A DNA stretch of 64,000 bases from NCBI RefSeq assembly GCF_006345805.1, contig NC_043014.1:42842001-42906000 (forward strand), in the 5' to 3' direction. The position numbers and the translations under genes are program-made. This DNA is from Octopus sinensis. Lineage: Eukaryota. Of this stretch, positions 38,497 through 50,999 are shown piece after piece. Numbering within the stretch: position 1 is the stretch's first letter; each line of letters begins with the position of its first letter. The notes beneath the pieces are model-generated. The model saw only the letters and a program-made list of their open reading frames with translations, did no database searches and had not been told where the DNA came from.

Positions 38497-39950
38497 GAAG
38501 TAGATATATGTGTGTGTGAGTGTGTGTGTATGTGTGTGTATGTGTGAGTGTATGTTTGTGTGTGTATGTTTGTGTGTATTTGTGTGTGTGTGTGTGCATG
38601 TGTGTGTATGCATGTGTGTTTATGTGTGCATGTATGTGAATGTGTATGTGTGTGTATGTGTATGTGTGCATATGCTTGTGTGTGTATGTGTGTGTGCACG
38701 TGTGTGCATGTGTGTGTGCATGTGCGTGTATATGTGTGTGTGTATGTGTGTGCATGTGAATATATGTGTGCGTATGTTTGCATGTTTGTGTGTATGTATG
38801 TATGTATTCATATCTGCATGTATGCATGCATACTTGTATGTATTTGCAATTGTATGCATGTATGTCTCTCTCTCTCAATATATATATAAATATATATAAA
38901 TATATATAAATATATATATAAATATATATATCTTTATCAATCTATCTATCTGTCTATCTATCTGCCTTTGTGTGTTTGTCTCTCTCTCTCTCTCTCTCTC
39001 TATTTATTTATATATCTATTTATCAGTTGCCTGTATGTCTGTCTCTATTTACTTAATATAAATTTCAATCGAAACGGCTTTGGTTTTGATATCTAGTAAT
39101 TCTAAAAGGCATTTATTAAATCTCGTTGATTTATCAAAACGACTAACACACCAAAACCATATTTTTGTTTGTTTCTCGAAAGACTTCCTAACATAGAATC
39201 AAACGATATTTATGAGCATCAAATTACAACATTATTGTTAAATCTAATCGCGTAATAAATTTAGTAAGAAAATAAATTTACATTGATAGTTAGACACCAG
39301 TTAATAATATTGCTAAATTGTGTGGTGAAACAATAACGACATAGGCACAGCTATGCAAATCAAAATAGTAATTTAGTTGTAAGTCTGTTGTTTTAATATC
39401 TAGGATACCAAGTGAGTCATGACAATCATATCTTATTATAAATACTATAAATAAAAAAGCCGCAATTTTTTTTTTTTGGAATTCAATGGAGCTGAAAATA
39501 TCTTTTGTATACATAAGACTGACCTTGCAAATAATTACTTCATATCATTAAGTATTAACGCTGCAAATTGGTGAAGTCGCTGGAACATGGCATAGAATGT
39601 CTTGCAGTATTGGTTCTGGTTTTCCGCTCTCTGAGTTTAAATCCTGATAAACTGGTGCTTTTTCGGTTATGACAATGAGTGTTGTAGTTGAGCCAATCAA
39701 TGGAACAGCCAGCTTGTGAAGTTAATGTGCAAGTGGTTGAGCACTCCACAGACACATTTTACTCTTAATGTAATTCTCAGGGAGATTCAGTGGCTTTCCT
39801 GAAGACTGTGAGAATCCTTTTCACATGAAGCCATCGGTAGCATTGTTAATTCACAAATAAAGTATGATTATTCATCAAATGCAGTGCAGAGCATTCTCAC
39901 TTTTTGATACTATCATATATATATATATATATATATAGATAGATAGATAG

Positions 39951-40163
39951 ATCGCCATGTTGATTCGCTAGCTTCTGCATGCATTTTTTTTCTCTCCTTG
40001 TTTCTTTCTGTGTTTCTTTTCTGTGTATCTTTCTGTTGAAGAGCGTAGGCTCGAAACGTAAAAGACTTGTTTTATTTATATTCCTGAGCGCCATACTAAT
40101 ACAATTGTTTGTTTATATTCCACCTGCCTTCGTCTTTTGTTTATTTTCATAAAGCTTCCCGTT
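39951..40163 (+). mobile_element. Penelope-like pLTR (family 2) between (TA)n tracts
   Basis: Contains the hammerhead-like motif at 40028-40065; homologous to 6640-6815 (minus). Confidence 0.7.
40028..40065 (+). ncRNA. Minimal hammerhead-like motif with variant core CUGUUGA
   Basis: Stem I TCTTT/AAAGA; core CTGTTGA plus an extra A; stem II GAGC-GTAG-GCTC; GAAA-C-G-T-A, with a palindromic ACGT stem III. Confidence 0.55.
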
Positions 40164-40181
40164 ATATATATATATATATGT

Positions 40182-40778
40182 ATTGAGAAGACCCGGCAAG
40201 CCAAGTGAGACCATAACCTCGTGGCCTATGCCAGAGGTGTAACCAGCCCACTTATGCATATCTTTCCTTCATTGGGCACTAAACTCTGCTTGCGAAGATC
40301 TATTGAGGCAAGTGAAATCGAAATCGAAATCAAATTCGATGACTGGCATCTGTGCTAGTGGAGCACTCAGAGCACTATCCGAGTGTGATCATTGCCAGAG
40401 CAGCTGACTGGCTGTCATGCTGGTGGCACGAAAAAGTACCATTCGAGCATGATCGTTACCAGTGTTGCCTTACTGGCACTTGTGAAAAAACATTCGAGCG
40501 AGGTCATTGCCAGTGCTGCAGGACTGGCTCCTGTGCAGGTGGCATGTAAAAAAACACCATTTGAGCATGGCCGTTGCCAGTACCACCTGACTGGTCCTCG
40601 TGCCAGTGGCACGTAAAAGCACCCAGTACACTCTTGGAGTGGTTGGTGTTAGGAAGAGCATCCAGCTGTAGAAATTTTGCCAGATCAGATTGGAGTCCAC
40701 CAGTCCTCAGTCAAATAGTCCAACCCATGCTAGCATGGAAAGCAGATGTTAAACGATGATGATGATGATGATTATGAT
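40182..40778 (+). mobile_element. RTE LINE 3' UTR with (GAT)n tail
   Basis: Starts GAGAAGACCCGGCAAG (end of RTE ORF, cf. 24555); same 3' terminus as the other copies. Confidence 0.85.
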
Positions 40779-41477
40779 GACACACACAAACACACACATA
40801 CACACACACACACACACATATATATAAATGTAAGAACTTACTGTAGAGAAGGCTGTGTGCCAACTCGAAACTGTATGCTTATTGTCCCTCTAGGTGATAT
40901 AATAACATTTATATGTTCATCAATGATGGAGACAGTACAGAAAAACAGGTGCTTTTTAAGAAGTCCTCTATGATGTTTGTTCTGTCCTAAGTAATAAGGT
41001 TTACAAATGGTCTTGTCACTCTCTTGCCTTTAGAAGACAGTGAACTAGCTCTGGGAATCTGGAATCAACAATGTCATCGCAAACCAAATAAACAAACAAA
41101 TATAAATACACAAATAAATAAATAGATATATAAATAAATAAACAGATATATAAATAAATAAACAGATATATAAATAAATAAACAGATATATAAATAAATA
41201 TACTATCTATAGTAACTGACCTCTTCCATGTTAGCATTTTGCTTAATGCATAAGCAAAGGATTATGGAGCAACTAAGGCAGCAAAAATAAAAAAATTGCT
41301 GGTAAAAAGTTGGCAAAGAAGAAGGCAAAGAACAAAATCTAGTCATAGCACATCAATTCCAAATGAAGTTCCCAACCAATTCCTGTCATTGTAGGTATGG
41401 TAAAAAATGCTTAAAACAAATTTAGTGAAAAAAAAATATTTTTCAGATTTTCTGAAAGGCACATAAATATTATTCAT

Positions 41478-41517
<40 letters not shown>

Positions 41518-41524
<7 letters not shown>

Positions 41525-41753
41525 TATTAGAGACAAAACCCTATTTTGCAAAACAAACAAGGAAAGACTAATCAATACATAAAATTTAATAAATAGTCAA
41601 AAAAACCGCCACTACAATTGTTTCTTGTCTTGATCGACAATCTTCAGGTGGACTTCCAATCTAAAATATCAATATTTTAAAATATAAAAATAATAATTTT
41701 AAAATAATTAAAGTATGAATGAAAAAATATAAATATATAATCCATATATAACC
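41518..41753 (-). mobile_element. Penelope-like pLTR family 1, copy 1 (3'-truncated at (TA)n)
   Basis: Reverse complement of 47208-47443 and 48476-48715; carries a hammerhead. Confidence 0.75.
41609..41651 (-). ncRNA. Minimal type I hammerhead ribozyme, copy 1
   Basis: Minus strand: CCAC CTGAAGA TTGTC GATCAA GACAA GAAA C AATT G T A GTGG. Confidence 0.85.
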
Positions 41754-43183
41754 TATAATAATCCATAATAATCAATATATAAACAATATATAAACTAAAA
41801 TAAACCTATCAACAATTAAATATAAAATAAAATATAAAATATAAATATAAAACAAACAAAAAAATAATAATAATATAATAAAAACTATATATACACCCAT
41901 ACACATATACCTAATTATATATAACCATATCTAACTACATACACTAAATCACACCCCTATATATATATCCCTATACATACACATAAAAACGTCTAGGCAA
42001 CTATAATAAATAAATAGCTAAATACTTCAACACAATACTTATTCATACTCCCACACACACACACATACAACCCACATTCACGCTCTAGAAAACGGACATC
42101 ACTTAAAATTATGAACGGAGAAATGGAATAAATGAATTAAAAATTATATTCACTTGGTAAAACGAACACTACTTAAAAATTATGAATGAAACAATGCGAT
42201 AAAACAACAGACATCGCAAATAGACAAATTACTACGAATTCCTTAACAAACCTACCATGATAAACCAAAAACTCATAAAAACGATAATGATAAAATCTCC
42301 CTTTACTAAACTCTATAACATACCTATATAGCAATCCCCCTAACCTAAACATTCACACACAAATACACACACGTAAACCACACACCCACGACATATACAA
42401 ATACCCACACCACTTACACATACCTATACATACATATAAACCTCAACATATACTCCAAAACCCACTCAACCCCACACAGACAAATAAACACAAAAATTAT
42501 GAATGGATTCTTTTATAAAAACTACCATGATAAGCTAAAACTCACAAAACATAAATGATAAAACCTCCCTTTACTAAACACTATAACATACTTATATAGC
42601 AATCCCTTTAAACTATACATTCACACACAAATACACACACGTAAACCACACACCCATAACAAATACAACCACCCACCCCACTCACACACACCCACAAGTA
42701 CATATAAGCCTCAACATATACACCAAACAAAATTACTTTACCAAGGAACTTAACATATGTATAAAAAGGATAACCGCTCTGGAAACGAACATCTTTTAAA
42801 ATAATGAATGGAGAATGGAATAAATGGAATTAAAAATAATATTCACGTGGCCAAACGAACACCCACTCAAAAATTATGAATGAAACAATGTAGTAAAACA
42901 ACCAACATCGAAAATAGACAAATTACCACGAATTCCCTAAAAAAAAAACCATGATAAACCAAAACTCTTAAAAACATATAACGATAAATTCCCTTTGCTA
43001 AACTCTATAACAAACCTATATAGCAATCCCCCTAACCTAAACATTCACACAACAAAAAACAACACGTAAACCACAGACCACGACTTATTACACATACCTA
43101 TACTAACTTTAAAACCTCAATATACACCAAAAAACCCACTCCCTCCCCACACAGACAAATTAACACATACATCCCAAAACTAA
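41754..43183. repeat. A/C-rich modular tandem repeat (three copies of a ~240-bp module plus linker modules), inner left arm
   Basis: ACCATGATAA...CTTTACTAAAC.CTATAACA.AC.TATATAGCAATCCC module at ~42255, 42522 and 42948; strong G depletion; mirrored at 45759-47207. Confidence 0.85.
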
Positions 43184-46100
43184 TAGAAACATTTTCTCTT
43201 TTAATAATTTGGGAGTTGGTATTCTACCACTAATACTGTTGGTAACATTATTTCTTCATTTAATAAATATAAACTGAATAATTTTTATAAAAGAAATTAT
43301 TTGATAATAATATTAATAATGATAAGACTTATATTAATTGTACATGTAGAGATAAATCTAATTGTATATTAAATAATAATTGTGATATTAACGAGTGTAG
43401 TGTATAAATGTATAGTTACATTACATGATAATAACTTTAAGAATAATAATTACCCAAAAGCGGTTTATATAGGTTCTACTTCCTCAAAAAAAAACTAAGA
43501 ATCGCACAACATATGAATTCTTTTAAAAATAAAAACTTAATCAACTCAACCGGACTTAGTAAGTACATTTGGAGTCTTAAATCACTAAATATTAATTATA
43601 GTTTAATTTGGGAAATAATTTGTAAAACTAAATCATATACCATAGGAGCTAATTGTTGTTTATTTATGCTCTAGAGTTTTTAAAGAATTTTATTTATAAG
43701 TATGATAATTTACTTAATACTGGTGAAGAGCGCGCAAAATAAAATGCAGACATAAGTTACTTTACCTATATAATAAGTTTCATGATAAATAGCAATACTA
43801 GTTCCCTATTAGGTACTTTAGTTTAGTTTAAATTAGTTTAGATAATATATTTTTGGGTTATGTAGTCTAGGCTTTAATTATAGTTAGTCTTTATTGATAT
43901 TTCTTTGTTTTAATTAGTTCATTTTTAATGTATATTAATATAACAGTTTATGGTATGTTAAAACTTTAAAAAATTTATATTAGATTTTTTTTATTTTTTT
44001 ATTTAAATGTTTTTTTATTTTTATTTTATTTTATTATGTATTTTTATTATGCATTTGTTTATATGTATTTTGGAGGATATATCTATATGTTGATGGGTGT
44101 TATTTAGTGGTGTTTTATTGAGTTTTGTATGTATGTGTGAATGTTTACGATCCCTTTGTTTTTTGTTTTTATTTGGTATGTTGAATTGACAGATTTATTT
44201 GGGTATTGTCTGTTATAATAAAGTATACACACCCATAACAAATATAAGTGCCCACTTCATTCGCGCGCGTACCTGGAATTGCATGTGAGCCTCAAATATA
44301 TATAAACGGCACTCCCGCCCTATACGGACAAATAAACACATACATCCCCAAAATGGGCGTAATCCCACTCACACCAATCATATGTATACAATTATACACA
44401 CTAGAATAATACATAACTAACCCAAATATACAGAACATATTAAAAATCACCAACAAAACCATCCAACAAATGAAACTACACCCATACAATGACAAAACTC
44501 CCCCCTCTATACCCAATTTACACCCACATAGCAATCCCAATATATTCATCCATCATGGACGCACGTGCGTGAAGCACATGCACACAATAAATAAGTCACC
44601 CCCAATACACACTCATATACATACGTATCAAGCTCGACATCCACAGCAATACGCTTACACCCACTCACACCCAGATGGGTGAGTTGCACAACCAGGGAAC
44701 GCAACACACACGTGTGCGTATTTTGATTGTGCAACTCGCCCATATGCATGTATGCGGCGCGATTACATTGTTGCACATATCGAGCCCAACTAGCATGCAT
44801 ATGTACATGTGAGGGGGTACACGTACATGCCGTGCGCGTGTACCCCCCGCATTATACCCGTGCGTCAATATACACATGGAGACTACCACACAGGTACAAA
44901 TGTGTATAGTAATGGGAGCCCCATCACTACACTCAATGTATACTCTCACCATCCGAACGGATTGAAAGCGAATCTCCGGTGTATATGTTGAGGCTTATAT
45001 GTAACGTGTGGAGTTGAACGTCGTTGAAATTGTGAATGAATGGGTGGAGTTGGGAATAGTAACCGGGTGGTGGGCTAGCGTTGCTTGAATTGGGAATGGA
45101 ATAGTGTAGTAGTAAGGCAGGTATCGAGAATAGATTGGTTACTGCAAGTTGTTTGTTAGAGCTGCTAAGATGAGCTAAAGCTCATAATTGTATATAATAA
45201 TTTATTATGGTAGTTTTATTAAAGAATCCATTCATAATAAATTTTGTTTAAGTAGTGTTGGTTTGCCACGTGGATATAGTTTTAGTTCCATTTATTCTAT
45301 TTCTCCATTCATAATTTAAATGACGTTTACTTTCCATGGCGCGTATTCTTTTTTCTGTTTTTTTACATAAGTTATATTTCTATGGTAACGTAATTTTGGT
45401 TTGGTTTTTTTTAACGGCTAGAATTTAATTTCACTTCATAATTTGAAACTGACTTGTAAGTATGTATTTTATTTCTCCTTATGTCATATTGTTATTTTGA
45501 TATTTCTGGTTAATTACGATGTATTTAATGTTTTTTATTGGAGTGTTTATGTATATGAGATGTGTGTGAGTTTTGTGAGTTAGTTAGTAGTATAATTTAT
45601 TTATCTGTATGAGTGTGGGTTGTTGTAAATATTGTTGTATATATCGAGTTTAGTTTGAGTATGTATATGCGTATATGTGAGGGAGTATATGTTCTGTTGT
45701 GTGTGTGTGTTTTGTGTGGTGTGGTGGTTTGTGTGTGATGTGTATATGGGTTTGTTATTTAGGTTTTGGGATGTATGTGTTAATTTGTCTGTGTGGGGAG
45801 GGAGTGGTTTTTGGTGTATATTGAGGTTTATAAGTTAGTATAGGTATGGTATAAGTCGTGGGTCTGTGGTTTACGTGTGTGTTTTTGTGTGTGAATGTTT
45901 AGGTTAGGGGGATTGCTATATAGGTTTGTTATAGAGTTTAGCAAGGGAGTTTTATCGTTATATTTTTTAAGAGTTTTGGTTATCATGGTTTTTTTTTTTA
46001 GGGAATTCGTGGTAATTTGTCTATTTTCGATGTTGGTTGTTTTTACTACATTGTTTCATTCATAATTTTTGAGTGGTGTGTTCGTTTTGCCACGTAATAT

Positions 46101-47207
46101 TATTTTAATTCCATTTATTCCATTTCTCCATTCATTATTTTAAAAGATGTTCGTTTCCAGAGCGGTTATACTTTTTATACATATGTTAAGTTCCTTGGTA
46201 AAGTAATCTTTGTTTGGTTGTATATGTTGAGGCTTATATGTACTTGTGGGTGTGTGTGAGTGGGGTGGGTGTTTGTATTTGTTATGGTGTGTGTGGTTTA
46301 CGTGTGTGTATTTGTGTGTGAATGTATAGGTTAAAGGGATTGCTATATAAGTATGTTATAGTGTTTAGTAAAGGGAGTTTTTTATCATTTATGTTTGTGG
46401 TGAGTTTTAGCTTATCATGGAGTTTTATAAAAGAATCCATTCATAATTTGTGTTTATTTGTCTGTGTGGGTTGAGTGGGTTTTTGGAGTATATGTTGAGG
46501 TTATATGTATGTATAGGTATGTGTAAGTGGTGGGGTATTGGGTATTTGATGTCGTGGGGTGTGTGGTTTACGTGTGTGTATTTGTGTTGTGAATGTTTAG
46601 GTTAGGGGGATTGCTATATAGGTATGTTATAGAGTTTAGTAAAGGGAGATTTTATCATTATATGTTTTTATGAGTTTTGGTTTATCATGGTAGGTTTGTT
46701 AAGGAATTCGTAGTAATTTGTGTCTATTTGCGATGTCTGTTGTTTTATCGCATTGTTTCATTCATAATTTTTAAGTAGTGTTCGTTTTACAAAGTGAATA
46801 TAATTTTTAATTCCTTATTCATTTCTCCGTTCATAATTTTAAGTGATGTCCCGTTTTCTAGAGCGTGTGAATGTGGGTTGTATGTGTGTGTGTGTGGGAG
46901 TATGAATAAGTATTGTGTTGAAGTATTTAGCTATTTTATTTATTTATAGTTGCCTAGACATTTTTATGTGTATGTATAGGGATATATATATAGGGGGTGT
47001 GATTTAGTGTATGTGTATGTAGTTAGATATGGTTATATATAATTAGGTATATGTGTATGGGTTGTGTTATATTAGTATTATTATATTATTATTATTTTTT
47101 GTTTGGTTTTATTTTATATTTTATATTTTATATTTTTATTTAATTGTTGATAGGTTTATTTTAGTTTATATATTGTTTATATATTGATTATATATGGATT
47201 ATATATA

Positions 47208-47443
47208 GGTTATATATGGATTATATATTTATATTTTTCATTCATACTTTAATTATTTTAAAATTATTATTTTTATATTTTAAAAATATTGATATTTTAG
47301 ATTGGAAGCCACCTGAAGATTGTCGATCAAGACAAGAAACAATTGTAGTGGCGGTTTTTTTGACTATTTTTAAAATTTTATGTATTGATTAAGTCTTTCC
47401 TTGTTTGTTTGCAAAATAGTGGTTTTGTCTCTAATAATATTTT
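47208..47443 (+). mobile_element. Penelope-like pLTR family 1, copy 2
   Basis: See copy 1. Confidence 0.75.
47308..47352 (+). ncRNA. Minimal type I hammerhead ribozyme, copy 2
   Basis: GCCAC CTGAAGA(47313-19) TTGTC GATCAA GACAA GAAA C AATT GT A GTGGC; predicted cleavage after A47347. Confidence 0.85.
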
Positions 47444-48128
47444 ATATATATATATATATATATATTATAGAATATATATATATATGAATAATATTTATGT
47501 GCCTTTCAGAAAATCTGAAAAATATTTTTTTTCACTAAATTTGTTTAAGCATTTTTTACCATACCTACAATGACAGGAATTGGTTGGGAACTTCATTTGG
47601 AATGATGTGCTATGACTAGATTTTTTCTTTGCCTTCTTCTTTGCCAACTTTTTACCAGCAATTTTTTTATTTTGCTGCCTTAGTTGCTCCATAATCCTTG
47701 CTTATGCATTAAGCAAAATGCTAACATGGAAGAGGTCAGTTACTATAGATAGTATATTTATTTATATATCTGTTTATTTATTTATATATCTGTTTATTTA
47801 TTTATATATCTGTTTATTTATTTATATATCTATTTATTTATTTGTGTATTTATATTTGTTTGTTTATTTGGTTTGCAATGATATTGTTGATTCCAGATTC
47901 CCAGAGCTAGTTCACTGTCTTCTGAAGGCAAGAGAGTGACAAGACCATTTGTAAACCTTATTACTTAGGGCAGAACAAACATCATAGAGGACTTCTTAAA
48001 AAGCACCTGTTTTTCTGTACTGTCTACATCATTGATGAACATATAAATGTTATTATATCACCTAGAGGGACAATAAGCATACAGTTTCGAGTTGGCACAC
48101 AGCCTTCTCTACAGTAAGTTCTTACATT

Positions 48129-48176
<48 letters not shown>

Positions 48177-48475
48177 ATCATAATCATCATTATCATCATC
48201 GTTTAACATCTGCTTTCCATGCTAGCATGGGTTGGACTATTTGACTGAGGACTGGTGGACTCCAATCTGATCTGGCAAAATTTCTACAGCTGGATGCTCT
48301 TCCTAACACCAACCACTCCAAGAGTGTACTGGGTGCTTTTACGTGCCACTGGCACGAGGACCAGTCAGGTGGTACTGGCAACGGCCATGCTCAAATGGTG
48401 TTTTTTTACATGCCACCTGCACAGGAGCCAGTCCTGCAGCACTGGCAATGACCTCGCTCGAATGTTTTTTCACAA

Positions 48476-48797
48476 GTTATATATGGATTATATATTTATA
48501 TTTTTTCATTCATACTTTAATTATTTTAAAATTATTATTTTTATATTTTAAAATATTGATATTTTAGATTGGAAGTCCACCTGAAGATTGTCGATCAAGA
48601 CAAGAAACAATTGTAGTGGCGGTTTTTTTGACTATTTATTAAAATTTTATGTATTGATTAAGTCTTTCCTTGTTTGTTTTGCAAAATAGTGGTTTTGTCT
48701 CTAATAATATTTTATAATATTTTACTATAAAATTGGATTTAATCCTAAATCTGGTTTTTTTCCCTGTAAATTTGGATTTATTCCCTAATATTATTAT
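48476..48797 (+). mobile_element. Penelope-like pLTR family 1, copy 3 (longest 3' end, then (TA)n)
   Basis: Near-identical to copy 2 for ~240 bp, then continues ~80 bp further (TTTTACTATAAAATTGGATTTAATCC...TTCCCTAATATT). Confidence 0.75.
48577..48619 (+). ncRNA. Minimal type I hammerhead ribozyme, copy 3
   Basis: CCAC CTGAAGA(48581-87) TTGTC GATCAA GACAA GAAA C AATT GT A GTGG; predicted cleavage after A48615. Confidence 0.85.
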
Positions 48798-49274
48798 TAT
48801 ATATATATATATATATAAATTTATATATATACATATATATATATATAATATATAAATTTATATATACCATATATTATATACATATATAAATTTATATATA
48901 TATGTATAATTATATGTAAATAGATATATATGTGTATATAAATATATATGTATATATATATTCCTTTCTTTCTTTTATTATATACACAAGAATGAATACA
49001 CAAAACTTTATTCTTTGAATTAGGTACAAATACGCACACACACACATACACACACACACTCAGAGTTAAAATGATGAATAAATACATTTAAAATAAAAAC
49101 TACATTTATAATTTATATACTTTTAACACACACATATATATATGTGTGTGTGTGTGTGTGCGCATAAACATACATACACACCTATTTATAAATACACGCA
49201 CACACACACACATATATCTATATATATATGATATATATGATATATATATATATATATATAGATATTGATTATAT

Positions 49275-49339
<65 letters not shown>

Positions 49340-49637
49340 AGATAGATGGATAGATAGATAGACAGATAGATAGATATACACACACATGCATACATACATA
49401 GATAAATCATACATACATACATTCATACATACATACATATATACATACATATATATGTATATATATATATATGTTATGTATGTATGTTTGTATGTAGGTA
49501 TGTATGTATGTATATATGTATGTTGTATATATATATGTATTTATATATAATATATATATATGTATATATATATATAATATATATATATATCTTATATATA
49601 TATTTGTTATTAGGAAAAAAGGGGGAGAAAAACAGAT

Positions 49638-49676
<39 letters not shown>

Positions 49677-49680
49677 TAGA
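48798..49680. repeat. (TA)n/(TG)n/(GA)n/(GATA)n microsatellite complex
   Basis: Directly visible. Confidence 0.9.
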
Positions 49681-50399
49681 AAAAGAGTTCATTGTGTGTT
49701 TTGTTGGTTGATTTGAATTCTATTAATCTACAGATAATCTCGGTGTCTGCGGTTGGAGCTCGAAAAATCCAATGAATAAGATTCAAATAATATGAATAAT
49801 AAATGTCACTAACCTGTGATAGCCATTAATATGGATGCAAGTCTGTGTCCTATAGTAAACCTTTGCTTCTCTTGATTTCCATTTCAATAAGCAATTCTAC
49901 AGTTCTTCTGGATACACCAATGAATAAACATGTTTTTAGTATTATTTTTTTCCTTTCCCTTGCGATCTTCCATATTTTTTTTTTGTGTTTGCTTTCTGAT
50001 AATAATAATCATATATTATTTTCACCTGATTTTCCTATTATTTCTACATTATACATTGTGTTTTGCGGACAGTAAGGGGTCATATGAAGGGGTCACGATG
50101 TGAGAATGTGGATGAATTATAAGTGAGCTTATGAATATACCCACACTGATACTGACACAGACACATACACACACATTAATACACACACACACACACAAAC
50201 ACATATATGTATGTATGCTAACAAACAAATGCACACATATACACACAAAAATGCACATACACATATATCAATGCACAAATGCCAATACATACACATACGC
50301 ATACACATAAATATATGGGTCTATTTGATTTTTGAATGTCTATGGAAAACCACAATTACCTATTGATTGGGAAAAAAATATATGAATATAAATGAAATA

Positions 50400-50440
50400 T
50401 ATTGCCCTGTGTATATACACATGTATGTATATATACATGC

Positions 50441-50472
<32 letters not shown>

Positions 50473-50484
50473 TATATATGTATG

Positions 50485-50529
<45 letters not shown>

Positions 50530-50572
50530 GTATGTATGTATATATATGATATATTATATATGTATGTATATG

Positions 50573-50616
<44 letters not shown>

Positions 50617-50930
50617 CTATAATCTAATATTATATATATATATATATTATATATCTGTGTGTGTGTGGTGGTGTGTGTGTGTTATATATGTATATATATA
50701 TGTGTATATATATAATGTATATATATATATATATATATAAAGAGTGAGAGAAGGAGGAGAGGGAGAAAGAAAATATGTCACAACTACATAAAATTATATG
50801 TTATATAAACCAGGTATTATATATAGATATATATTAACATCAAATCATATGTGTAAATCATATGTGTATGTACGTATGTATGTATGTATGTATGTATGTG
50901 TGTATAGATGTGTGTATATAATGGGCTGGC
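50400..50930. repeat. (TA)n/(TATG)n microsatellite complex
   Basis: Directly visible. Confidence 0.92.
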
Positions 50931-50999
50931 AAGAACAGTGGCATGGTGCTGTGACATTGTCTCACCTCTTCCAGGTTGAAGCGCTCCGGCAGTTATTCA

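Larger units (their letters stand above)
40478..48477. repeat. Large inverted repeat: arms 40478-~43183 and ~45759-48477, spacer ~2.57 kb
   Basis: Anchor matches: ACTTGTGAAAAAACATTCG (40478) vs CGAATGTTTTTTCACAAGT (48477); hammerhead 41640 vs 47320; ATCCCAAAAC 43171 vs GTTTTGGGAT 45772; position sums are constant at ~88950. Confidence 0.95.

Noticed and set aside
44292-44991. Several 60-95-aa ORFs in the spacer of the inverted repeat
   Set aside because: They lie in probable low-quality sequence and carry no motifs.
41754-47207. Mitochondrial control region or NUMT, suggested by the strong strand skew
   Set aside because: No mitochondrial genes, tRNAs or rRNA are recognisable; the sequence is tied to a hammerhead pLTR and mirrored as an inverted repeat.
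49814-49849. Possible 36-nt minus-strand exon (HRLASILMAIT) with a good CAG/GTTAGT donor
   Set aside because: Weak acceptor, no partner exons and no recognisable protein; needs RNA-seq.
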